This document shows, piece by piece, positions 50,776 to 63,224 of a stretch of DNA of 64,000 bases. The translations under genes and the position numbers were made by a program. Source of the stretch: Stegostoma tigrinum. Taxonomy: Eukaryota. The stretch lies in assembly GCF_030684315.1 (NCBI RefSeq), contig NC_081367.1, positions 19,202,792 to 19,266,791 of the forward strand. The letters are read 5' to 3'. The stretch's first letter is position 1. Every line of letters begins with the position of its first letter. The notes under the pieces were generated by a model. It was not told the DNA's origin. It did no database searches and saw only the letters and a program-made list of their open reading frames with translations.

Positions 50776-52817
50776 GAAGTAAAAACGCATTTCTCTGATC
50801 ATCGCTCTTTTTGTAAATGTACGAGAAATTGCATGGGCTATTATTTATATTTATTAAGCTCTTCCAAGTAAGTATTATAATTGATCAAAAGAAAATTATA
50901 ATTCATTAATCAAACTGTGTGTAAACACTTGCCATTCCATTCCATGGTCTCTGTCTATGCATTACATACATAGTCCATAGATCACACAAACGACTTAAAT
51001 CCTAACTGAGCACGTGCACATTGTTATTAGCTGTTCACCTGTTAACAACTCCTCAGTCCTTGGGTAGTGTGCTGTCGCTGGGGAGTGTCACTCTTGTGGA
51101 AAGTGTTGTTGCCATGGTCACTGGGGTTGCCGATCCAATTCTATTGTTCCATGTAATCTAACCTTACTAATTGTAGGTGCACACACAATGACTGTAGAGC
51201 TCTTGTGGTACAGTGGTAATATCCATATCTCTGAGCCAGATGGCCTGGGTTCAAGTACCACCTGTGTAAGACGTGTGTAATACTATTTCTGAATGGGTAG
51301 ATTTTTAAAAATCTGCACCGTGCCTTTAGGAGAGAGTTCCAAGCATAGGACCGGTGATTGTATTTCAACATCAGGATGGTGGGAACTTGCATGTGGTGGT
51401 TTTGCCATGAATCTGCTGCTCAAGTCCTTCTGAATGGTAGTAATCATGTGTTTGGAAGATGCTGCTTAAAGAAAATTAAGGAGTTGTTGTAATTATCTTG
51501 TAGGTAGTACATGCTGCTGCCACTGTGCATCAGTGGTATATGGAGTAAATATTTGTGGATGTGGTGCCAGGGTGAAGTTGTGATCTAATGGTAATGTCAC
51601 AGGACCAGTAATCTTAAACCCCAAGCTGAAGTTCTGGGGACCTACTTTCAAATCTCCCAGGGCAGATGATGAAATTTTAATTCTTTTAAGAGAACAAAGC
51701 CAGATTAATGGCAACTATGCAACCACTGCCAATTGTCACAAAAATACCTGTTTGGTTCACAGTGACCTGTAGGTAAGGAACTCTACTATCCTCAACTGGT
51801 TAGGCCTATTTCTGACTCCAGACCCTCAGCAATGTGGTTAACTCTTAGGGATGGGCAACTGACCAGTGACACTATATTTTATGAATGAATAGAAGAAAAG
51901 TGTGAGGGGCAACCAAAGCTGGCCTTGAGGTGAATGAAGGGGGATCTCATAGACATTTAAAAAATTCTAATAGAATGAAACAGTTTAGATGTGGGAAGGA
52001 TGTTCCCAATGTTGGGTGAGTCCAGAACCTGGGGTCATAGTTTAATAGTAAAAAGACTGAGAAAACATTTCTTCACCCAAAGAATAGTAAGCCTGTGGAA
52101 TTCATTAACACCAAAAGTGATTGAGGGCAAAACATTCAGTTCTCAAGAATGAGGTAGATATAGCTCTTGTGGCGAAAGGGATCAAGTAATATGGGGCAGA
52201 GTGGGATTAGGGTACTGAGTTCCGTCGTCAACTATAATCATGTTGAATGGTTGAGCAAGCTAGAGGGGTCGAATGGCCTGCTCCTGGCTTGTATATTTTT
52301 TCTGTTTCAATGCCATACCACATTAAAGCATGAAATTACATACAAGTCAGCGCCAAGAGAATTAATAAAGTGTGTAACTACTGTCGCTATTGATATATAT
52401 GTATAAACACCAATTGAACAAAACTCTCCCTTATATAGTCATAATGTTTTCCAATGTCAGCAGCTCCGAATCAAAATCCACAATAATAAAACTGTAAATA
52501 ATCAAGCCACTATGCCTCAACCAGGGTTGCAGTGTGGAAAATACAGATTACCTTTCCAAACACGGCAATTTTTTTTTCTTTATTCACTTGTGTCAGTGAA
52601 AGCCATAGGCTGGGCCAGCATTTATTGTCAGTCACGAGTTGCCCTTCAGAAGGCGGTGGTGTGCAATATTTTATTGTGTTATGAGATGGCCTTAATGCTG
52701 TAAAGCACTTCTCAATTTATTAAGGGGATTTGACATGGAGCAAATTGAGGAAGTTGTTTTCAGTCGCAAGCCAATGAGTTCGTTTAGTACTTTTCTTCAA
52801 TCAGGCTGACCAAAATC

Positions 52818-52829
52818 AAAAGTGAAACT
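52818..52829 (+). promoter_or_regulatory. IRF-E/ISRE-like element of UBL copy 2
   Basis: AAAAGTGAAACT, identical to copy 1. Confidence 0.65.
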
Positions 52830-52921
52830 GAATGCACCAATGGTATTTGCAATTGATCTTGAAAACTACGCACCAAATAGATTGCAAGTTCCAGTCTATA
52901 CAGACAGATACAGGCCGGAAA

Positions 52922-53066
52922 ATGGGGAAAATCTATGAAGTATTTGTGCTGGGATTGAAAGGGGAAAGACTAACTGTTGATGTTTCACAATCTGAGACAG
53001 AATTTCACGCAATGCCCGTTCACAAGTTTAAGGAGCTCTTGCTGAAGAAAATCCCTGGAGGAACAG
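52922..53066 (+). CDS. Ubiquitin-like protein (PGG type), copy 2, exon 1
   Basis: Same as copy 1 except I17L (ATA to CTA). Confidence 0.88.
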
Positions 53067-53666
53067 GTACATGGGCAATAATTGCATAAAAGAGTAGCCT
53101 TGTCAAATTCGTAACAATAATCAGCTAAAGAATCGAATGGTTAATCACATCGCCTGGTGGTACGGGTTGAAAATTAAACTGCATGATACCGATTCAAATC
53201 GGTGGATTTTTAAGCGTCTACTCCAAACATTAGAATTTAGCTTTCCGGAGGGATGCGGGGTCTAAATCTATTTAAATTTAACATTGGAATAAGAACTAAC
53301 CATAGTGTGTACTGGTGATAATGGGAACTGCAGATGCTGGAGAATCCAAGATAATGAATCCAGCATCTGCAGGTCCCATTATCACTGATTCCAGCATCTG
53401 CAGTTCCCATTATCACTGATTCTTGGATTCTCCAGCATCTGCAGTTCCCACTATCACTGATACAATTTTAACCACACTGCGAAGACTCTTCCAGGGATGC
53501 ACCCTCTCAGATGAAGGGTCTAGGCCCGAAACGTCAGCTTTTGTGCTCCTGAGATGCTGCTGGACCTGCTGTGTTCATCCAGCCTCACATTTCATTATAG
53601 TATGTACTGAGTTTTTTTTCAGATTTGTTTATTCTTCTCCGTTTCTCTTTGTGTTTTATGGATTAG

Positions 53667-53839
53667 CCGGGGCAAACGAATTGCGCCTTCTTTTTGCCGA
53701 AAAACATTTGGAGGATAACAAAACATTCTCTGACTACAACATCAAGGATCAATCAACAATCCTTTTGGTGTTACGTCTGCCCGGTGGAGTGGTACAGAGA
53801 GAAGGTTTCGGAGGCCTTATCATACTGCTTAAAAAATGA
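53667..53839 (+). CDS. Ubiquitin-like protein copy 2, exon 2
   Basis: Translation identical to copy 1 exon 2, ending [22 protein letters not shown]. Confidence 0.92.
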
Positions 53840-56800
53840 CATTCCAATTACCTGATGGATCTGTCCAATCGAACTCTGAAAACCCGAAATCGCTATGTTA
53901 TTCGAGGAAGCTGACATTACCGAAATGTTAACGTCACTGCGTGTTAATTACTTTAGAAATATCTTTCATAGCATTAGTACGTATGTGCTATGATAAATCA
54001 CAACTTGTATTTTAACATTTAGCCTGTAGAAGAGCTTGTTTATTTGTTCTCTCCTCATAAGTGATCTTTTGTATTCCTAATAAATTTCACACATTGGCAA
54101 TTTATATAATTATGATGATTTGTTTTAGTTTTACAGTGTTGGGTAGTGGCTCAGTGGCTTGTCCAGCCTTTATGGAGGGTCAGTTAAGAAACAATCTAAG
54201 TTATCTGTTTCTGGAGTGATATGTAAAGGCAGGCACTTTTCCTTTCTAAATGTTGACTGAAAGAGATGGCTTTTTAAAAAAAAGTTGACAGTTTTATGGT
54301 GACCGTTGCTAAAACTGACGTTTAATTCCAGATTCATAATGAATGTTCCAAATTTAAGCTCATCATATGTGATTAACATACAAGTAGATTGGCTGGCAGC
54401 AGAAAACAAAGAGTATGCATAAACCAGAGATCAGCAAGATGTGATGTGTGGGGTCCTGCAATTATCTACGCTGAGCCGTTTTCACAACCTCAATCAGTGA
54501 TATAGTTGGGGATTGAAGGAATAGTGGCAGATGACATAAAGCAAACGAGGAAAGCATATTGTGAAGAGGTAATAGGAACTGCAAATGCTGGCGAATCTGA
54601 GATAACAAGGTGTAGAGCTGGATGAACACAGCAGGCCAAGCAGCATCTTAGGAGCAGGAAGCTGATGTTTCGGGCGGAGACCCTTCATCAGAAATGGGGG
54701 AGGGGAAGGGGGTTGTGAAATAAATAGGGAGAGAGGGAGACGAGGATTGAAGATGGCATAAAAAGGCTGCAGAGGCTGTACATAAGTTGAGCAAATGAGC
54801 AAAAAATTGGCAAATACAGTATAATGTAAATATAATAGAAAAATATGAAGTTGTTCATTTGGGAAAAATGAATGTAAATGCGTGTATAATTATATATTAT
54901 ATAAATGGAGAACTGCGCACAATTACAAGTTACAGAGGGACCTAGATGTTCTTGACATGTCACAAAAAGTTTGTATGCAAGTAGAGCACGTGATTAAGAA
55001 AGTTAATAGAATGATATTCTTCATTATGAAAAAATTTGAACATAAGGCTAAAGATGTGATGTTTCAGTCATACAGAGCATTAACAAAGCATCATCTCAAA
55101 CTCTGTGAGGTTTCCGTCTCCTTACTCAAAGACGGATGCAAATGCATTTGGAGGCAGGTCAGAAAAGGTTTATTAATTTGAGACCTGGAAAGAGCAGGTT
55201 ATCTTATCGGAAAGATTTGGCAGATTGGCTTCTTTTCACTAGAAATTAAAACAGTGAGGGATGATTTGATTGAAGTCTTTAAGATCCTGGATGATCTTGA
55301 CAAGGTGGCCAGGAAAGGATTTTGTAGGTGAGTGCAGAACTAGGGGACACTGTTTAAAATTAGGGCTTGATCTTTGAGGACAGGGATGAGGAGAATTTTT
55401 TTCTCTCAGAATGTTCTCAGACTTTTGAACACATTATCTCAGGAGGTGGTGGAAGTGTGTCATTGAATATTGTTAAGACAGATATGGATAGATCCATGTT
55501 AGGCAAGGTATCAGTGGTTATTGGAATAAATGGAAATGTGGAATTTGGATCATGAATGGATCAACTACAATCTGTTAATGGTAGAGCAGCTTGAAGGATT
55601 GATGTCTACTTCTGTTCCTGTTTGGTATCTTTGTACGTATATTCGTACTTTGATTTATACTTCCGTCCCACACATTTGCTTGAACATTAAGAATACTAGT
55701 CCAGTGGCATTTGCACTACACTACAGCTGATGAAAATGATGATAACAGTCTATAGCATTTTGAGATTCTAAAATCCAACTGCAAAGTGCACAGACTTAGA
55801 CTCAAGAAAGGAACGGTTCATATTGCATGAAACCTAAATCCTAAATACTGACTTTGTCACGGAATAAGTTCAGTGATTAGAAAGTTGTTTTCTTTGATAT
55901 ATGCCAGAATCATAACTAGCAAGTCTTCAGGAAAGAAAATCTGGATCTTCGGGGAGCAGCAATCATCATTAAATTTCAGCTCCACTCAAACTTATACCCT
56001 GATTCAATGTTGCTTTGAGTTTCTTGCCACGTCTTGTGTGACCACCTTTCCGAGAAATGCAGAAAGCAACAACTTCTCAGAGAGCTCAGTCACAGTGGAA
56101 TAGAGTTTGCTCCTCTTTTAATGCTCTGCTGGAATGGGTGCAAGGATAAATACATGAACATGAATAGGTAAGATAGATAAATGAGTATGATAAGTGGTCA
56201 ACTTGGTGAATTAAGTAGGTAGGTGGATTGGTAATGGCTGGGTAGGCAGATGTTTAAGGTGTTAGGCAAGTGGAGTGCCTAGGTCAAGGGTCAGTCAGAC
56301 ACAGGGAGAAGGTGCAAACACCACACAGACAGTTGCCCAAGAGTGGAATTGAACCCAAGTCCTTGGTGCTGTGAGGCAACAGTGCTAAACACTGAGCCAC
56401 TGTGAAGAAGCACAAGCAACAGAGACATTCAACAGTTCAGACTACATCTGCTGAGAAATTAGTCAAGTATAATGCACTGCATGTTGTATTTTGGAATAGA
56501 TTCCAGATATGACAACTTTGTATCATTAAGACAGGTATATGACATCATAACATATGTCCTTCTGGAGTAAAAATGCAGGCCTCACTTTCACATTCTTTCT
56601 ATATAATGGAGTTATTGTAGTCAATTAGTTATGTGTGTGTATGTGTACTGTAGTAACATCAACAAACACAGAACTTCAGATTTATTTGCACATCTGTGAT
56701 ATTATTAGCCTGTCAAAAGATAATGTAAATAAACTTAAAGATATCTCGCTCAACAGAATCTGTTTATCGGTGGTTTATAGTACGCAGGGTAACGTAAACT

Positions 56801-59800
56801 GAAAAGTACAAATAGCATCTTTGCTTATAATAATTTTGTCAACTGACTAATCATGATCTATCAATTGTTGCTCTTTTATCTGATGAATGTCTCTGTCATC
56901 TCTGTTTTTTCCTTTTGAATAATTGGCTATGATATTGACAAAGATGCATTTCCTGACCAGAGGGTTGGAGTTTTAGTCAACGCATCGGCACACATTTTTA
57001 AAAATGGGATGCCAATCAAGATGTCAGTGTAGAGGGGTGGTTTGAAGCAAACTACTGCTGATGCTAGCGTTCCAGGTCCCGAACCATGCAACTCCATGGT
57101 GGGGTTTGGGAAGGACGTTGAACTGATGCTTGACATTGCAATGAGTCAGATCAAAGGATGATGTCCGAATTCTGACTGACGAGTGGGTGCAACCACTGAG
57201 TGTTTGTGGAGGTGTTTTGGATGGAGTACTTCAATATGGGAGGGATGTTATGGGGTCTATACAAGGGAAGCAGGTAGTTTGGAGCATCAAGAGGGTACAC
57301 CTGCTGGCCGTGCTGTAAAAGCAGTTATGTCTTCCCCAAAACTGTCTTTTCCTTCCAAGATCTAGGGAACTTGAATGGTCAGGATTCAATCTGCAAATGG
57401 AAGTTACCATATGATTGCAACCTCATTATTTCAATGACAACTCGCTTCCAGGGAGTGGGTTAGCTGCTCTCCATCTTGTGTTTTGCCTCAATTAAACCCA
57501 AAATAAATGGTTGTTTCATCATCAGAGAAGAACAATTTAAAGACCATTATCCTCAAATTCCTCAGCTCATGGAAGAGTTGAGTGTAGTTATTCACTTCAA
57601 GGATGTTGATGTTACTGGCAACGGCAGCCTTTATTGGCTCCCTCCTCATTTAAAATGTTCTGGTAGCCTTCTCTGTTGAACAGTTCCTGTGGTGTAGCTA
57701 TCTTCACAGAGCTGTTGTGGAGAGTTTTGCTAGATTTCTATTAAGTTCAGATGAAGAAACAATGATTTATGCCCAAATCAGGACATAATGTAACTCGAAG
57801 AGGAATTTCGAGTGGTGAATATACCTATGCCCATCCAGAAGGGCTATTCTCCTGTTTTTATATATTTACATAGAATGGACTCAGAACAACCCCCAACCCA
57901 ACCCTTACATTTCCCTGGCCCTACTATCCCTCATTCAGCTTCACTTGTACAATGACCATGTGTTGTTAGCCACAGCACAGTTTTATTTCATTCTCTGCAA
58001 TGTTTGTTGCATTGTAGCAACACATAGGCTTTATGGTCGATGGACTGCAATGACCAATACTATGGGTTATCTCCTAACTTACCAGGATTCCAAAAGTATT
58101 GCCACTGAATTTCTAGGTTACTGCCATTTAAAATAAAACACACAAAATGAGGAGGAAATGTATAAGCCAATGTAATTTAATATATCCCTGTTAATTGAAG
58201 TGAACTTTGAAATCAGGAACAGGGGAAAAAGAACTATGAAACAAATGCTATATGGGTGTAATCTTCATATCAAACAATCTCCAATTTCCATAAACACCAA
58301 CTCTTACTGGAAAACAAAACCAGAGTAAGAGTGCCATTTCAAGTATTGTAGTCCTAGCTGAGAGTAATACTGCAGAAGTCAGCTGTCAAAGTAAAACCTG
58401 GCATACATTACAAGTTTCATTTTTAATTTGTTTACTGTGGAGGTCAGTTCCTGTACATATTTATAAGGGGATGCCAATGTACTTTTAAAAAGAGAACATA
58501 AGCATTTACTACAGTACAAAGAAAAAAAATCTTAAACTTCAGTACTCAAGTCAACAACAATTAGAATGATCTCATCACTTTAATATCAGCAATATCCTGA
58601 CAAAAACTCAAACCTCAGTGAAAGGCTACTTTTATCACCCTGCTAAACCTTCTTGCTCAGTTGGCAGAGCTGCAGTTGTTTTCCACACAGCAAATTTCAG
58701 CAGTTATGCCTCTTCCCCCTGCATCAAATTGCTTTCAGTTTCTTTTCTCTCTCACTGGTGCAAGTAAAATTAAAGTAAAGAAACACACAAAAAATTAGCT
58801 CCAAGTTGGCTTGCTGGTCATTTAGCAAATATCACATGACTTCTTGCTAATGCTGTTTCAAAATCAATGTTTTTAATTGGCTGAACATTTTGTAAAAAGT
58901 CAGATCTTCACAGAACTGGAATCAAAAATCCATTTTCCCCATTTTAGAATCCAAGTTCTTAGATATTATGAAGCTTCATAAGTGCCTGTTTAATGGCTGA
59001 CACAGTCTGCACAGGTATGCACACACAGCAGAGGTAGAGGTCACATGACTACAGAAAACCAACCATACACCAAGTAAAAGATAATAAAATGTGAGGCTGG
59101 ATGAACACAGCAGGCCCAGCAGCATCTCAGGAGCACAAAAGCTGACGTTTCGGGCCTAGACCCTTCATCAGAGAGGGGGATGGGGAGAAGGTTCTGGAAT
59201 AAATAGGGAGAGAGGGGGAGGCGGACCGAAGATGGAGAGAAAAGAAGATAGGTGGAGAGGAGAGTATAAGTGGGGAGGTAGGGAGGCGATAGGTCAGTCC
59301 AGGGAAGACAGACAGTTCAAGGAGGCGGGATGAGGTGGTAGGTAGGAACTGGAGGTGCGGCTTGAGGTGGGAGGAAGGGATGGGTGAGAGGAAGAACAGG
59401 TTAGGGAAGCAGAGGCAGACTGGGCTGGTTTTGGGATGCAGTGGGGGGAGCGGAAGAACTGGGTTGGTTTTGGGATGCAGTGGGGGGAGGGGAAGAACTG
59501 GGCTGGTTTTGGGATGCAGTGGGGGAAGGGGAGATTTTGAAGCTTGTGAAGTCCACATTGATACCATTGGGCTGCAGGGTTCCCAAGCGGAATATGAGTT
59601 GCTGTTCCTGCAACCACGAAGTAAAAACGCATTTCTCTGATCATCGCTCTTTTTGTAAATGTACGAGAAATTGCATGGGCTATTATTTATATTTATTAAG
59701 CTCTTCCAAGTAAGTATTATAATTGATCAAAAGAAAATTATAATTCATTAATCAAACTGTGTGTAAACACTTGCCATTCCATTCCATGGTCTCTGTCTAT

Positions 59801-60449
59801 GCATTACATACATAGTCCATAGATCACACAAACGACTTAAATCCTAACTGAGCACGTGCACATTGTTATTAGCTGTTCACCTGTTAACAACTCCTCAGTC
59901 CTTGGGTAGTGTGCTGTCGCTGGGGAGTGTCACTCTTGTGGAAAGTGTTGTTGCCATGGTCACTGGGGTTGCCGATCCAATTCTATTGTTAGGAAATGAT
60001 GGACTGCTGAAGCTGATGGTCATTCTGTACTCAGTGCAAGTGGTGTGACGAAGCCTTCCTGATGCGTTGCCGAGATCAAAGGCACAGCTTCTTTTGATGA
60101 GGATAGATGCCTGCAATTGTCTGGATATATCATAATTATTCAATTATGGGTGACAACTGGACTAAATGGTCAAATGTTGCCATGTGGTCTGCTTTTTGGT
60201 GAGATATTTCAAAGTTTATTCAGTAAATGTCACCATAAACCCATAAGACTTCTCTTCCATTGAGGAAGATGGCTGGTGGTGGCTTAACCTGAGGGGCAGC
60301 ACACTGCAGGCAAGGGGAGAGGTTGAGAAGGAAGAACCTTAATTGTAACCACAGCTGGCGCAGGACTTGAACTCATGCTGTTGGTATGACTTATTATGCG
60401 ACCCCTAGCTACACGCTGACTGTCTCACTGATGCTGAGGTCTGATGACT

Positions 60450-60870
60450 TGGCAGTTTTATCAAAGTAAAACTTGGCTTACTGTCATTTTGCTGATTTTG
60501 TCACTCATGCCCATTACCACTTCCGGCTTCAGCCATTTCACTTTATAGGAAGTGTAATTTGAGGGAATCTTTGAATTGGACTACTTTCCATACCTACAGT
60601 AGATATCTTTCTCCACTCAATTATTTCGCTCAAGTCTGTGCTGCATTTGCTTGATTTCTTCATGATTCTGCGAGAAATTTCACTGTCATCTGAGAGTTTC
60701 AATTTGACCGGAGACAGAGCAGAGATGATGCAGTGTTGAATTTCCCAGTTCTTTATGAAGCAGCTGAATGCTTCATTCACCCTTGCCACTCACCACAATG
60801 TCTGGAATGTTGTACTGACCGAAGCGTTCTTTTAGGCATTTATAATCTTACTGGTAGAGATTGACAGCAA
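60450..60870 (-). mobile_element. Decayed Ty3/Gypsy integrase fragment
   Basis: FSCFIKNWEIQHCIIS...EWRKISTVGMESSPIQR resembles the integrase-core pattern F..F...W...H..SSP...WRNTP..G.SP.Q. Confidence 0.55.
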
Positions 60871-61922
60871 CTAGTCCAATTGCAAATATTCAGATTATTA
60901 ACTAATTCTGACAAGATAACCAGTTTCTGCAGGAGTGAGCAAGACTACTCTCAGCTTCATCCATGCTCTATCTGCAATACCATGTGTCATAAGAGGTTCT
61001 TTAACTTGCTTAACTTGGTATTTGTTCCAAGCACTGCATTGACTAATGTGATGCTTAATCTCATCACTTCTGTTTGGCTAGTTAAATATTTCTTTTCCCT
61101 TCCTTAGATCAGACTCAGTTCTTTGAAGGCTTCAGATGCACTTCAGCAACTCTTCTTATTTTCTTGGAATAATGATTCTATTTCCATACGTAAGTCCTTT
61201 TTGAAAACATTCATTATTTTTGGCCTTAGCAGCATTCTGCAGCACAGAATTTACCTGATCACCACTCTATTGGTAAAGGAAGTTCACTTCTTTTCAATAC
61301 TAATTGACCTATCCCATTTCTTTAGACTGTGGCTCCTGGCTCTGGACTTGAATCCTCTCACTATGAAGGTCCACATACTATTTGCTTCTTCTCCGCCTGT
61401 TGGACCTGCATATTTATTTTCAGTGGCTGGTGTACAAGGATACTGTATCTCTCACCTTATCCAATTTATCATCATTCAAATAATAATCTGTCTCCCTCTT
61501 TTTGGTTGCAAAATTGATAACCTCAAATTTATCAACATTATACTTAGTCTGCCATACATTTGCTCACTCACACTGTAGTACCTCTGCCTCCTCGTCACTG
61601 TTCACCCTCCCACCCCTGTTCTCTAATTGTCTCCTTGACATAGTAATGCAGAAAGCAATTTGTACTTACCAAGAATTCCTCCTTTACGGTATTACTGATT
61701 TGATGCGAATCTATTGAAGCTAATGTCCATTTTGACTACCAAGAAATAACAACAAGATGGCTGAAAAACCTGCTATCAGTATGTTAGTAGTCATCGTTGA
61801 CTGAAAGTTTAACTGGACCTGCCATATTAAAACTGTGGCTCCAAAGGCAGTGCAGAAACTGGGGGCTTGAGGACAAATAGTTCACACCCTGACTTTTTGA
61901 AGTCTTTTCAAACCTTGGAAAG

Positions 61923-61993
61923 TTCAAGTCAGGAAGATGGGGAGAAACCACAGGATGGAATCCTGTGGTTTCTCCCCATCTTCCTGACTTGAA
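61923..61993. repeat. Perfect inverted repeat, 34-bp arms with a 3-nt loop
   Basis: ttcaagtcaggaagatggggagaaaccacaggat-gga-atcctgtggtttctccccatcttcctgacttgaa. Confidence 0.95.
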
Positions 61994-62690
61994 GATGGAT
62001 GTATCTGTTGCAACAGACTCAAACTCTACAGCATAATTGTGACAAAAGCTTGTTTAATTGTTACCTCTACTACCAAGTGGAAAAGTCATTCCCTGAATTA
62101 GCAGCATTTCGTGCCTGTAGTGTGCATGACAGTGTAGACTGCAACAATTTACTCAACATGCAAAGCAATATCCTCACCAATAGACTCTATCATTCAGAAG
62201 GATACAGGCAGATTTTATGTAGAATCACCATAACCTCCAAGTTTTTCATTATATTGAAATGGGCATATATGAACATTTCTTTAATGTCATGGGCCAGTAT
62301 CCTGGAATCTAACACCATTTTGGGAGCACTGACCTATTAAGGAATGCAACAGATTAAAAAAAGCCCATCATCGCCAACCTTTTAATGAAACTAGTGATGT
62401 ATAATAAACACATTTCGGCAGTTTGTCAGCACCCCAATGTCAAATATAAAAAAAATCAAAAAGTGTTTCCTGAACTTATGTGTTCAGCATTGTCTGCAAA
62501 AGCTATTATGCTAAGGATAATTTGTTACTTCTCGTCCGCTGCTATTTAATAAATGGTAACATTATATACAGAGAAATGGTATGCGACTTCTATTGAGGTT
62601 GGCTTATCATTTTCAAAATATGGTAAGAATTGTGTTGCGCAATATCATTTAATTAGCAGCAAGCGTTATCTTCCAGCAGAGCCTGCTGGA

Positions 62691-62700
62691 GGGGACTTCC
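62691..62700 (+). promoter_or_regulatory. NF-kB site upstream of the E3-like exon
   Basis: GGGGACTTCC fits GGGRNNYYCC; about 55 nt before ATG 62755 and followed by a TATA-like TTTATA. Confidence 0.5.
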
Positions 62701-62754
62701 AGTCAAGTTTATATTCAGTGTTTCCACTCAAAGATCACACTTCGCAGCTGTGAG

Positions 62755-62842
62755 ATGTCAACAGAACAACAACAAACTGAAAAGCGTTACGATCTAGATG
62801 ATCGTACGCTGAAATTTGTGAAAAGGGAAGATGAGATCACAG
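62755..62842 (+). CDS. First coding exon of a putative RBR-like E3 ligase (MSTEQQQTEKRYDLDDRTLKFVKREDEIT-G)
   Basis: ATG, 88 nt, strong G|gtaagt donor. EKRYD..D.TLKFV.R.D.ITG matches my recollection of the N-terminus of fish RBR-like proteins that continue RAEMSCGHAV. The rest was not found in the window. Confidence 0.6.
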
Positions 62843-63189
62843 GTAAGTTAAAATATCTACGTTCCGTTATATGCATGATTATGTTTTGAACCAGCAACAG
62901 AATTTAGTGTTGGAATTTTTATTCGCTAATTCATGATTTTAGACTCGCGTGATAAATGACTTTTTCAAAGGTCTTTAAAAATCTTTTGATTTTTCTTTGA
63001 GAAGGTTGTGTCCTTTCAGATCAGGGTGGTGTGACTTCCTCTGATTATATCAGAGCTGATTTAAGTGCAAGTAAACTGACATTGCTGCTACACTGAGGTA
63101 TAGTTATGAAATAAAGACTGAACGTCTCAATACTTTGTCTTGTGTACAAGTGATCAAATTTGAAACATTTACTTTGGCAGTACAATCGC

Positions 63190-63212
63190 GGTGCATTCAG
63201 TTTCACATTCCC
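63190..63212 (+). promoter_or_regulatory. ISRE-like element in intron 1 of the E3-like gene
   Basis: AGTTTCACATTCCC is one mismatch from AGTTTCACTTTCCC; 63190-63206 is the exact reverse complement of 44020-44036. Confidence 0.45.
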
Positions 63213-63224
63213 AGATATCGATTG

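Larger units (their letters stand above)
42347..51148 (+). repeat. Tandem segmental duplication, copy 1 (8802 bp)
   Basis: ORF pairs recur at a +8802 offset (for example 44030 and 52832); only scattered SNPs by eye. Confidence 0.97.
51149..59990 (+). repeat. Tandem segmental duplication, copy 2 (8842 bp)
   Basis: Starts ccatgtaatctaacc like 42347 and ends ttctattgtt like 51148; has one extra 39-bp unit near 59420-59530 and small indels. Confidence 0.97.

Noticed and set aside
44120-53839. Calling the UBL genes ISG15 or one spliced di-ubiquitin
   Set aside because: Each copy has its own promoter, stop and polyA signal, one domain, an LRLPGG end, and Arg rather than the ISG15 Trp at the ubiquitin R42 position.
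61123-61578. 151-aa hydrophobic ORF
   Set aside because: TTG start; it is the antisense of a decayed CR1 3' region.
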